Shown one piece after another: positions 21,229 through 32,439 of a stretch of DNA of 42,510 nucleotides. The notes under the pieces are model-generated. The model did no database searches. It had not been told where the DNA came from and worked only from the letters and a program-made list of their open reading frames with translations. This DNA comes from Octopus bimaculoides (taxonomy: Eukaryota), in NCBI RefSeq assembly GCF_001194135.2, contig NC_068987.1:39429928-39472437 (forward strand), read 5' to 3'. Each line of letters opens with the position of its first letter. Within the stretch, counting starts at the first letter, position 1. The translations under genes and the position numbers were made by a program.

Positions 21229-22115
21229 GAATCTTTTCCCTTTGAACAGTAGATCGAGAAATTCATTTTTTGTAACTAAACACTTTCGAACTTCGGACGC
21301 TAGTAGAATGTGTCATATAAAACATCTTTTACTCTTGGTGTTGTTGAGAAAAGTTTATATTTTTAAAGTTATTTTGTGTTAAAGTAGTCGTATTTTGGTA
21401 CTTAGTGCCGTTGTTTGTCAACAACAACTATCGGCGGTGTATATTTCATTTGTCACTGTTATTTATGACATCATTCATGCATTTGTACTAGTTTTAGTCT
21501 TAGGGTTAGGGTTAGGGTTTTAGGGTTAGGGTTAGGGTTTTAGAGTTAGGGTTAGGGTTTTAGGGTTAGGATTAGGGCTTTAGGGTTAGGGTGTTAGGGT
21601 TAGCGTTGGGGTTTTAGGATTAAGGTTAGGGTTGGGATTTTAGGGTTAGAGTTACAGAAAAAAGTGAAACAGGAAGAATTTGGAGGGGGAGGGGGGCAAA
21701 AAAGTCTTTCTGAAAAAATAGTTGCTGAAAAACAGGGAAAAAAAACTAAAAGCAGTAGAAATGCATGAACGATTGAGGTGGTGCCATGAAGTAAACATGC
21801 TTCAGATACACTCGTTTATTCATACAAACGTAACTGAGATGAAATAAATAACAGTGACAAATGAAATATACACCACTGGAAGTTGTTGATAAACAACAGC
21901 AGTAATTTTATTCAGCTGAATACACGTCATTGATTGGTTGAAATTACTGAAATACAACTTTAACACGAAATAACTTTGAAAATACAAACTTTTCTCAACA
22001 ACACTAAGAGTAAAAGATGTTTTATATAAGACATTCTACCAGTGTCCAAAGTTTGAAAGTGTTTAGTTACAAAAAATTAATTTCTCGATCTACCGTTCAA
22101 AGGGTATAAAGATCC
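21229..22115. mobile_element. 887-bp MITE with ~240/270-bp TIRs and an 8-bp TSD (Merlin- or hAT-like)
   Basis: TIRs 21229-21466 and 21844-22115 (ends G(A/G)ATCTTT..CCCTTTGAAC); TSD TCCTTTAT (21221-21228) / TCCCTTAT (22116-22123); inner IR 21476-21498 vs 21744-21769. Confidence 0.85.
21500..21652 (+). repeat. Interstitial telomere-like array with a 20-bp higher-order unit (TTAGGG)3TT
   Basis: About 7-8 degenerate 20-mers, central to the MITE. Confidence 0.9.
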
Positions 22116-22739
22116 TCCCTTATCTACCACAACAATGTTTGATCTCCAAGCATCAATTAGGGCATCACACCGGATTGCAAAATCCCACAGTATCTTATAT
22201 TCATTGTTTTCAGTGACTCCTTCTGGTTCATGTTTGTTCTATTTTTGTGCTCTGTCCAGGCTGTTCTTTTTACATAGTCTCCAGTGAACAAACTTAGCCA
22301 TGTTATCATGCTTCTTTTTGCAGTGTTTTTGAGCCAGCTTGCTACACTCACTCACAATATGTGAGATTGTTTCATTTTTGCTGCCACACATCCTACAAAG
22401 GGGAAGTTCGCTGCTCTTATCTATTTGGAACTTGTATTTAGTTCTCAGAGCTTGATCCTGGGCACTGCAAATCAATGCCTCAGTGCATCCTTTCACATCA
22501 TGTTTTCTTAGCCATCTCCAAATGTTGGTCTTATCTTTTCCTTCGATTTCTCTGAGGTATTGCCCACGCAGTGATTTCATTTTCCAATTATTTATTCTTT
22601 CTTCTTCATTATGTTTCTTAAATGCTTGTGGGTGCATCACATTTTCATAAAGTTAATTCTAACAGCAGCAAGCAAGGATTATTATCATCATCATCATCAT
22701 TATTATTGCTATTATTATTAAAATCTTGCAAAACAAATA

Positions 22740-22770
<31 letters not shown>

Positions 22771-23262
22771 GAGTGAGAGAGCAGTACATGCCATCAAAGT
22801 GACACTGGGGTAAAATATACGAGCCCATTATACCCATCATGACTACCTGTCTGATAAGGGTACACCAGGCACATGCATCACAACCATACGTACGCGACAT
22901 GGTGATCTCATATCAAGATAAGCAGTGCATGACCTCGCAGGTGGGGCCCAGTTAGAATTTTCTTCAGGTCGAGTAGCCCAGCCCACTCAAAAGGACCCTG
23001 AATAATGTTTGTTTAAGGATGTTGAGCAAAACACCCATGTTTTCAAAGGTGAATTATTCAAACCCCTAAGAATTCCTCTCAACACATGGCTATGATGCTC
23101 CTCCACTACTTCTGCTCGTGATCAGAGATGCACATATCGTCAGCCACCAAGGGACATGCTCAACTGGTTAAGGTCAAACAATTGACAAGCAAATCTGTGG
23201 TATTGAGCAGAATATTTGCTGTAGCCCATCTTTTTATACCAAGACAAAACAATGTACATATC
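22771..23262. mobile_element. Unclassified ~545-bp interspersed repeat, copy 1 (right end missing)
   Basis: Paralog of 26296-26840 with the same left boundary attatt|gagtgagagagcag. Confidence 0.75.
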
Positions 23263-23279
23263 ATTATTATTATTACTAT

Positions 23280-23368
<89 letters not shown>

Positions 23369-23372
23369 CTGC

Positions 23373-23418
<46 letters not shown>

Positions 23419-23430
23419 ATTATTACTATT
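23263..23430 (+). repeat. Compound trinucleotide microsatellite (ATT)(ACT)(GCT)(GTT)(ATT)
   Basis: Read directly from the sequence. Confidence 0.95.
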
Positions 23431-23643
23431 AAGGTGGCAAGCTGGTAAAATAATTACCACACTGGACAAAATGCTTAGTGGCATTTCTTCTAACTTCATG
23501 TTGTGAGTTCAAATTCTGCCAAAGTTGACTTTGCTTTTTATCTTTTTTGGGTCTTTGAGCTCTGGGGTCGATGTAATCAACTAGTCATCTCCCCTCAAAT
23601 TTCAGGTCATGTGCCTATAGTAGAAAGGATTATTATTATTATT
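23431..23643 (+). mobile_element. Full-length (ATT)-tailed tRNA-type SINE
   Basis: Head aaggtggcaagctggtaaaa, B-box-like gagttcaaattc, core, (ATT)n tail. Confidence 0.8.
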
Positions 23644-23644
23644 C

Positions 23645-25300
23645 CTTGTGAGCCATGTTGGTTGTCAGGTGCTGATACTTCCAAATGTGCCAATCACTTT
23701 ACATCTACTTTCTTTATTGTCCACTTCAATTCCTCATAGTTGTTCACTATTTCTTCTTTCTCTGTGATCCTGTTGTCACCAGGACATGCTATGTCAATTA
23801 TCATGCAAGTTTTTTTTCTTTTTTGTTCACTGTAATAATGTCAGGCTTTCTTGCTTTGGTCACTCTCGTGTTGTTAATTCTGCAACACACAGTTAATCCT
23901 CAATGCTTGTTCTTGTGTTATGCATATAAGTGTTTCTGTTTCTATCTTCAGGTCACTCCTCCCCATCCATAGCCACTGGTTTTCTGTATCTGTCTTGGTG
24001 CTCATATCTCTTGCAAACTGACTGTATATTTTCTTTCTTTGCCATGCTATTTCATTTTATGTGTTCTTTTCTTCTTTCAGTTTCTCTTTCTTTACAGAAT
24101 GGTCAATTTTGATGATGCCAGATTTCACAAGTTTCATCAATTGTTCCACAGCATTTTTTACATACCATCCTAAGCTGGTTTTCTCTGCTTCAACACAATT
24201 CTGGCAACTGATCATACTTCTCCCACCCTTTCTTCTGGACAAATAGAATCTGTCAATGTCACTCTTGGAATGGAATACTCCATGCACTGTCATTAATTTC
24301 CATGTCTTTGTATCCATGCTCATCAGTTCTCTCTTTTGCCAGTTTATGATTCCAGCTCTATACCAACATGATGCTATTGCCCATATATTTACTGCCTGGA
24401 TTTTATTCCATCCAGTCAATTTTGAGCGCAACACCAATCTTAGTCTTTGGAAATAGTCCTTCCTTAGCTGTGCTTTCATTTCCTTCTCTATGATTTCATT
24501 GAAATTTAGTGTACCAAAATACTTATAGTCTTCCTTTACAATTTATTTCATCACTTCTCTGTTTGATAATTCTATCCCTGCCAGGGATTGTACTTTCCCT
24601 CTTTCCAGGCTCATTATACTTCACTTCTCGAGTCCAAATTCTTAAAACAGTGGACTGTATTCACCAGAGAATTCACTTGTACCTTATCCTTTCCATATAG
24701 CTTTAAATCTTTCATGAAGAGGAAATGGTTGATTCTTTGAGTTTTTCCCTTTAACTAATATCCTAGGTTCATTTTCCTCAGCACCAAGGTCAGAGAGATT
24801 ATACAAAGTACAAAAAGCAATGGAGATAAGCTATCTCCTTGGAAAATCCCTCTCCTGATGCCCAGAGTGCTCTAGCTTTGTCCGTACAATGTCAACTCAG
24901 TTTTCCAACCCATCATACTTCTCTTCAGAAAACATGTTACATTCCTTGCGATTCCAAACATATCTAAGTACTCAATGATCCATGAATGTGAAATCATATT
25001 GTAAGCTTTGCAGTAATCAATTCAGGCCATTCCCAGATTTGTTCTCCTTTGCTTACAATTTTGCATTACCATTTTGTCTTTCGATAATTGAGGTTTGGTA
25101 CTTCTGCATCTCCTCCTACAACCTTGTTGTTCTATTAGTAAAATGTCATTATCATGAAAAAATTTGTAAATTTCTTCTGAAGTCTCTCCTGACAGTAACT
25201 TCCTCATTAATGGAAGGCAAGAAATTGGCCTGTAATTGTTGGTAGCATTTCCTTTTGATATATCCTTCAAGTACAGCACTGTTCATCCTTTGGTCAATCA
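23645..25300 (-). mobile_element. Second R4/Dong-like REL LINE (RT, linker and endonuclease, with deletions)
   Basis: [73 protein letters not shown]. Confidence 0.85.
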
Positions 25301-25599
25301 CCCCAGAAATTCTTCTTCTCCATCAATCCATACATTAAATGTACTACATTGTTCGGGGTGCTTATATCTTATTATTAACACATTGAGCTGGCAGAATTTT
25401 TGGAATACCAGACAAAATGCTTATTGTCCATCTTTACATTCTGAGTTCAAATTCCACTGAGGTCAACTTTGCCTTTCATCCTTTTGGGAATCAATAAACT
25501 AAGCACCAGTAATGCACTGGGGTTAATGTAATTGACAATGCTCCTCCCCAAAAATTTCAGGTCTTGTACATATAGTAGAAAGGATTATTATCTTTAATA

Positions 25600-25980
25600 A
25601 TAAAGATGTTGCACAATATCCAATATTATGATATTGTAGATTGAAGATATTGTATGTATAGGGGATTTATGTCTGTCACAACAAGGACCTCAGACAGTGT
25701 GTGTGCAGTTCCAAGTAAAGATGACTTTTGCAATACATCAAAATTGTCGGGTATTTCTAAAGTGTCCAGATGCTTCTTCAGGTTGAGTGGTATTGAACTC
25801 AATGATTCAATGACAACAGGAACAACCTTTGTGTTTAACTCTCGTCACTGCCACCGCTTGGCAATCTCAATTCTCAGATCTCCATATTTATTGACCTTTT
25901 CGTTTTCTTTCATGACAATATGTTGATCTCTTGGAACTGTCATGTCAATTGTTAGGCACTCTTGCTTATCGCCTCTTAAA
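25600..25980 (-). mobile_element. 3' end of an REL LINE (3' UTR related to 10521-10805)
   Basis: CLTIDMTVPRD..KVNKYGDLRIEIAK..VVPVVIESLSSIP..LQKSSLLGTAHTL. Confidence 0.8.
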
Positions 25981-26185
25981 GGCTACTATATCCAGTCTTT
26001 GGTGCACTAACACCTTGAGCTAGCAGAATTAGTAGCATTTTTTTCAGCTCTTTACATTCTGAGATCAAATTCCACCAAGGTCAATTTTGCTTTCACCTTT
26101 ATGGGGTCAATAAAAGTAATGGAGTAGTAGTAACTGACTAGTCCCATCCCACTAAAATTACTGGACTAGTGCCAAAATTTGAAAT

Positions 26186-26229
<44 letters not shown>

Positions 26230-26295
26230 GAGCACTGAGCTGGCAGAATTGTTAGCATGCTGGATGAAATAGAAAAAATTATTATTATTATTATT

Positions 26296-26840
26296 GAGTG
26301 AGAGAGCAGTGTATGCCATCAAAGTGATACAGGGGTACAAATATAACGAAGCCCAATATACCTATTGTGACTACCCATCTGATAAGTGTACACCAGGTAC
26401 ATGCATCACAACCAAATGAATGTGACATGGTAATCTCATATAAAGATAAACAGCGCATGACCTTGCAGGTGGGGCCCAGCTAGAATTTTCTTCAGGTTGA
26501 GTAGCCCATCCCACTCAAAAGGTCCTTGAATATGGGTTGTTTAAGGATATTGAACGAAACACCCATGTTTCCAGAGGTGAATTATTCAAACCTCAAAGAA
26601 TTCCTCTCAATACATGGCTTATGATACTCACCAACTACTTCTGCTCATTACATATTGTCAGTCACCAAGGGACATGCTCAGTTAGTTATGGTCAAACAAC
26701 TGATAAGCAAATATGTGGTATTGAGCAGAATATTTGCTATAGCCTATCTTTTACACAAAGAGAAAACATGTACATCATAACACTTCCAATCAGTTAAGAT
26801 CAGAAGCCATGAGAGCTAGTGCCTGGTATTGCACCAGGGC
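26296..26840. mobile_element. Unclassified ~545-bp interspersed repeat, copy 2 (complete, (ATT)n on both sides)
   Basis: Reads (T)GAGTG...GGGC(A), with hairpins at the right end; paralog of 22771-23262. Confidence 0.75.
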
Positions 26841-27129
26841 ATTATTATTATTATTATAAAGGTGATGAGCTTGCAGAATCATTAGCATGCTAGACAAAAT
26901 GCTTAATGGTATTTCACCTGTTGCTATGTTCTGAGTTTAAATTCTGCCAAGGTTGACTTTGCCCTTCATCCCTTCGGGGTCGATAAAATAAGTACCAGTT
27001 GAAGACTGGGGTCAATGTACTTGATTAGTCCTCTCCCTACAAATTTCATGCCTTGTGCCTGTAGTAGAAGGGGTTATTATTATTGTCTACTCATCCCCTA
27101 TGTGTCAGCCCTAGTGGCTAATAAATGAA

Positions 27130-27197
<68 letters not shown>

Positions 27198-27790
27198 ATA
27201 GCAAACAATGTAGTTAAAAGTGTGAAAATGTCTTTTATCAGTACTAAAGATTTGAGTAGTTATTAAACAATGAAATAAATTAGTATGAAGTGGAAATATG
27301 GTATCCTTGTTAGTCTTTACTCAACAGTGAGAAATAATAACATGACTGGGTAGGAAGGGTAATAGAATTTTATACTAGTTTAAAATTATTGTGGATCAGT
27401 TACTGAAGGGAAAATACAAATATATAGATATTTCCTGAAGGTGATACTTCAGCCTACAATTAGATGGAATTAAATGAAATGGTTGAAATGGAGTAGGGAA
27501 CTAAACGAAAAATGTTCTGGAATGAGAGAATTTGGACAAAGAATTTAGCATAAAATGTGATGATTTAAGATACTGTCAATGTTGACAGAAGATGAAAAAG
27601 TGAGTGAATTAAGTGCTTATTTGATTTAATATATTTAATGTCCGCTTTCCATGCTGGCATGGGTAGTACATACATGCAGAAGTACAGGTACACACACAGA
27701 CATACATCAGTTGTATGTCTGTGTACACTGTAGCACTGATTTTTTAATATATATGTATATTTTGTCACAATTAAACAATTTTTCCCCCAG

Positions 27791-27912
27791 ATTCTGAGGA
27801 TCATGAAGGAATGCATTCTTGCTACAGATTTGGCACTGTTCTTTGGTAACCGTGATAAACTAAGGAAAATAGTTGATGATTCAGCTTTCATATGGGAAGA
27901 TGAGGAACACAG
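27791..27912 (+). CDS. PDE10A: PDE exon (phase 0-2): ILRIMKECILATDLALFFGNRDKLRKIVDDSAFIWEDEEH(R)
   Basis: Acceptor tttcccccag, donor AG|gttagt. ILATDLALFFGN motif. Confidence 0.95.
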
Positions 27913-28839
27913 GTTAGTTTCTATGGATTTTTATAAGAAATGATGTCTATGCCAAAGTTAGTGAATCGTTTTATCTTCTTCATTACAATATATTATGCTT
28001 TTTTCAAGTTACTTTGAATAAATATTTAACTTTGTAGTAATATATTGATCTCTAACATTCGCACATGACCAGAAAGTTTGTGGAAAAGAGAGTATGATTA
28101 ACTGACTTGACTCTAAAAGTACATCTGCTTAACAGCTAGGTACAAGCATAGTGGAATGGTTTAGAAGTTCACTTCACAGTCATGAGGCATCAAGTTCAAT
28201 CTCATGGTGCAGCACTTTGAACAAATGTCTTCTAAAATGGCCCCTCTTCATCCAAAGCCCTATGAATAAAACTAGATTGACAAAAAGGGTGGAGAAGCTG
28301 GTCAGATAGACAATGCCTGTGATTCATAGGAGAGCCAGCCTGGACCAACATAGTTTTACAGTGGTCCTGGTAAAAGATTACTTTAAGGTAATCTTCATTA
28401 ATGTAGATTACATAATATATGAAGATTACAGTGTGTGTGTGTGTGTGTGTGTATGTGTGTGTGCTTGTGCCTGCGCATGCACATGTATGTGTGAACAAGT
28501 GTCACTTTTAAAGAAACAGTCCCAAGTTCTCCTGCAAAGGCACAAATTTCAATTCTATTTATTTCAAATATAGAAACTAGGTGACAGTCGTTTAATAATG
28601 TAAATTAAGGTTGAAAATAAGATTAATCAATACATCAGCTTTAACTATATTAGCAAACTAAAAACTTTAACATTCGGCATTTTAATTTAATAACGGCAAG
28701 CCAGTAAATGAAAATTGTTTTCAGATCAAAAACAGTTAAAATCCAAATACAGGAAATAGATATATATTTATTTTCACTATTTTTAACGTTTTTAAGTGCT
28801 AGGTCAAAAATGGCAATGCATCTATCTGTATATTTTCAG

Positions 28840-28951
28840 AAAACTGCTGCGATCTATAACAATGACAGGAGCCGATTTATGTGCCAGTGCTAAACCATGG
28901 GAAATTCAGAGAGAGACTGTTAAAGTGGTTTTTGAAGAATTCTATGCACAG
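28840..28951 (+). CDS. PDE10A: PDE exon (phase 2-0): (R)KLLRSITMTGADLCASAKPWEIQRETVKVVFEEFYAQ
   Basis: Acceptor tattttcag, donor CAG|gtaatt. Carries the metal-binding Asp (ADL) and the EF motif. Confidence 0.95.
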
Positions 28952-29229
28952 GTAATTTGTTTAAATTTATAAGATCAAATCTTTGTTGAATCACAATTTG
29001 TAGGACCAGTGTATATTCCCAGAAACATTAGCTTTGTTAATGGATACAACTCTGGGACGTCTATTTCCTGAATTTGGTGCAGCAAACCAGAGAATTATTT
29101 GCCAATTTAGCAATATTGCAGCAACATATAGTGCTAAATTTACCATCACCCAAGCAGCTACCACCAGTTTCAAATTATACCAGCCACAACATCTACCCGC
29201 TCTATTAAATTATACTCTCCATCGAGTTA

Positions 29230-30322
29230 AATTTGATGACTGGCACCCATGCCAACGTCGCCTCCCTAATTGGACACAAAACTCAGCTTGCGAAGACTTA
29301 TTGGGGCAAGCGAAAGCAAAATTGTGATGGCATCTGTGCCCGCGGCATATGTAAGGACTTTCGAGTGAGATCGTTGCCAGTGCCCCTGGACTGGCTCTTG
29401 TGCGGGTGACACATAAAATACACCATTTTGAGCATGGCCGTTGCCAGTACTGCCTGACTGGCCTTCATGCCGGTGGCATGTAAAAGTACCCACTACACTC
29501 TCTGAGTGGTTGGCGTTAGGAAGGGAATCCAGCTGTAGAAACTCTGCCAAATCAGATTGGAGCCTGGTGTAGCCATNNNNNNNNNNNNNNNNNNNNNNNN
29601 NNNNNNNNNNNNNNNNNNNNNNNNNNNNNNNNNNNNNNNNNNNNNNNNNNNNNNNNNNNNNNNNNNNNNNNNNNNNNNNNNNNNNNNNNNNNNNNNNNNN
29701 NNNNNNNNNNNNNNNNNNNNNNNNNNNNNNNNNNNNNNNNNNNNNNNNNNNNNNNNNNNNNNNNNNNNNNNNNNNNNNNNNNNNNNNNNNNNNNNNNNNN
29801 NNNNNNNNNNNNNNNNNAATTGGACACAAAACTCAGCTTGCGAAGACTTATTGGGGCAAGCGAAAGCAAAATTGTGATGGCATCTGTGCCCGCGGCATAT
29901 GTAAGGACTTTCGAGTGAGATCGTTGCCAGTGCCCCTGGACTGGCTCTTATGCGGGTGCCACATAAAATACACCATTTTGAGCATGGCCATTGCCAGTAC
30001 CGCCTGACTGGCTGTCATAGAATTTTCGAGCGAGATCATTGTCTGTGCCCCTGGACTGGCTCTTGTGCGGGTGGCACATAAAATACACCATTTTGAGCGT
30101 GGCCGTTGCCAGTACCGCCTGACTGGCCTTCGTGCGGGTGACATGTAAAAGCACCCACTACACTCTCTGAGTGGTTGGCGTTAGGAAGGGCATCCAGCTG
30201 TAGAAACTCTGCCAAATTAGATTGGAGCCTGGTGTTGCCATCCAGTTTCACCAGTCCTCAGTCAAATCGTCGAACCCATGCTAGCATAGAAAGCGGATGT
30301 TAAACGATGATGATGATGATGA
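29230..30322 (+). mobile_element. RTE LINE 3' UTR with (GAT)n tail, present twice around an N-gap (29577-29817)
   Basis: Ends ...catgctagcatagaaagcggatgttaaacgatgatgatg, the reverse complement of the 42314 end. 29268-29576 is repeated from 29818. Confidence 0.8.
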
Positions 30323-30324
30323 AA

Positions 30325-32439
30325 CTCTCCCCACACTCTTGGGAGTACCAGTGTCTTCTCATTTTTCTGTGGGTGAGGAACATAGTGATGCGTAGTTGCT
30401 GGTGCTGCCTTTTCTTCTTTGTAAGGAAATTTTTAAAAACTTCCATGGCTCCATCAATTGCATTTCTGAACTGCAATGCACGAATCATCTGGAGGTCTTA
30501 ATCTTCCACCATTCTCTGAAGTTCTTCTGCCATTTTTTCTAGAGTTGAGAGGCATTCTAGTGACAGGCCGACTTCTTCTTTCCCTGGATCCTCTTGTTGT
30601 TCTTCTTCTTCCTCCTCACTCGCTGACTTCTTCATCTTTCTCAGATCTTCATCCATTAATGCATCTGAGTGGGCCTCGATCAGATTATTAACATCCTCAG
30701 TAGTCATATCAGTGAAACCATCTCCTCCTAACAATTTTGCCATCTTCACTGCCTTATCTTCTGCAGAGTGGTGGATTTTGTCAAGAGAGAATCCTTTATA
30801 GTCGTGGACTGCTTCTGGCCACAATTTCTTGCAGCTGGCATTTAAAGTTTCATTCTTCATCTCCTTTTTGGCCTTCTGAATATTTTGGAGACACATTACA
30901 ATGGTATACTCATGCCAGTACTCCTTCAGTGAGAAGTTACCATCCGAGTCCATAACCTTGACCAAGTGTTGTAGGAAGTTTCACATATAGAGCACCTTAA
31001 AAGCACAAATAATGCCTTGATCCATGTGCTGGAGCAGTAATGTAGTGATTGGCAGTAAGAATTTGACTATTATGCCCTCATACAACAGATCAAGCGCATG
31101 ACCTCCAGCATTGTCCATTAAGAGAAGCACTCGGAATTCCAGTCCTTTTACAGTGAGATAAACCTTGACTTCATGGATGAAACACTGGTGAAACCAATCC
31201 AATGTCAGTGGTTTCATTATCCATGCCTTCTGGTTGTGCATCCAATGCACTGGCAGCAAGTTCTTATTTTTGTTTTTGAGGTCCCTTGTGTGTTTGGTCT
31301 TATAAATAAACCCTGGCTTTTAACCCACAGCAATTCCACACATTATAACTGTGACGCTATCTTTGTATGCTTTAAATCCAGGAGCTCTAGCCTCCTCCTT
31401 CAAAATGAAAGTCTGTGATGGCGTCCATTTCCAAAAGAGACCAGTCTCATCCATATTGAAAACATGCAAATATCCACCCTCCTCAACAATAGTCTTGAAC
31501 ATTTCATTCACATACTTCTCAGCGGCATTTGTCTGCAGAGGCAGCTTCTTCATGCTGGGACATACTCTTAGGGTTGAACCTCCTTTGAAATTTATCAACG
31601 CAGCCCTTGCTGGCATTAAATTCAGTTGGTTTGGTGGGAGATGCCTTAGATGGTCCTGTTTCAGGGTCGTCTGAGTTGTTGTCACTGCCATCAGAAAACT
31701 TGTTGTACAGCTGTCTGGCCTTCTCACAGATGGTGTTAGTAACCAGTACAATGTTCTTCCTGCAGTCACTGAGGCAAAGGGCTAATGCAGACTCCATCTT
31801 TACAATGGCCTTATTGCAGGAAGTTACCATCCTTTTCGCTGTCTTGTTAAAAATCCCTTTTGCCATCGCTCTCATATTTTTTCCGTCCTTCTTGATACAG
31901 TAAACAGTAGATTCTCTGATGCCATAATGGCAACCTACATCCACATACCTTCTCCCTTCCATGTTGAGAAGTCTCACCTTCTCAGCTATTGTAAGCATCT
32001 TCCTCTGGCGCTTGGGTTCACTGCCAGAAGCCTTAGAAGGTGCAGAATATTTGGGCAACATCGTAGGACTTGAAATAAATTCACAATTTTATACACAAAT
32101 GCAAAACAACACCACACACTTGCCTCCCAAGTTTGGTCCTCCATACAGTATGTGTGATTATTTGTTTACTCATCTGCAGTACACTACATTTTAATTAATG
32201 TATTATACAGTGCAGTACTGTACGGTATTTTTATTTATTAATTTATTAATTTTTAGGCATGAAAATGCTTATTTTAGCATAGAAATAAGTAATATCTGAA
32301 ACAACATAAATCCTTATCAACCATAGAAACCTGCGATATACTGAGGAGTCAATGATATAAATTTACATATATTAACCAGAAAAATCTGCAATGTACTGAG
32401 GGCGTGATAGGTGAACCATGATATGGCGAGTGATTACTG
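30325..32439 (-). mobile_element. Tigger (pogo-family, TIGD1-like) DNA transposon, frameshifted, 3' TIR lost
   Basis: HTH (KRQRKMLTIAEKV), CENP-B HTH (EFNASKG), DDE (FNMDETGLFWK; LLLMDNAGGH). The 5' TIR CAGTAATCACTCGCC ends at 32439, followed by TA. Confidence 0.9.

Larger units (their letters stand above)
20795..22620 (-). mobile_element. R4/Dong-like REL LINE, 3' part (linker, CCHC, endonuclease), split by a MITE
   Basis: WLRKHDVKGCTEALICSAQDQALRT, CRMCGSKNETISHIVSEC, KILWDFAIRCD..IVVVDK | KIIDIAIPGD..KTALLGTARILRLVL; the reading continues across the MITE. Confidence 0.85.
25384..27084 (+). mobile_element. Cluster of (ATT)-tailed tRNA-type SINEs (25384-25591, 26014-26229, 5' fragment 26230-26295, 26859-27084)
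   Basis: Each has a gagct(g/a/t)gcagaa head; the three longer copies also have the ctgag(t/a)t(c/t)aaattc B-box-like motif and the core. Confidence 0.8.

Noticed and set aside
21500-21652. True telomere or chromosome-fusion scar
   Set aside because: The array is short, degenerate, in one orientation only, and enclosed by TIRs and a TSD inside an intron.
23128-23506. ORFs with poly-Ala/Val/Leu/Asn runs (also 16657-17014, 17134-17375, 4482-4712, 5359-5662)
   Set aside because: These are translations of microsatellites with no splice or homology support.
23431-23520. tRNA genes at the SINE heads
   Set aside because: Only A/B-box-like motifs are present; there is no cloverleaf, and each head continues into a SINE core and tail.
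26820-26840. U1A-binding-like ATTGCAC or U2 stem-loop IV resemblance in a hairpin
   Set aside because: A 7-12 nt match only, partly buried in the stem, with no other snRNA sequence; likely chance.
28991-29327. Hydrophobic 60-aa ORF (-) and 97-aa ORF (+) just after the 28840 exon
   Set aside because: No recognisable motif, weak starts, intronic, and partly overlapping the RTE UTR; treated as chance ORFs.
29376-30127. CRISPR-like array of palindromic repeats
   Set aside because: The spacers are themselves repeated, the array lies in an RTE 3' UTR with a (GAT)n tail, the DNA is eukaryotic, and there are no cas genes.
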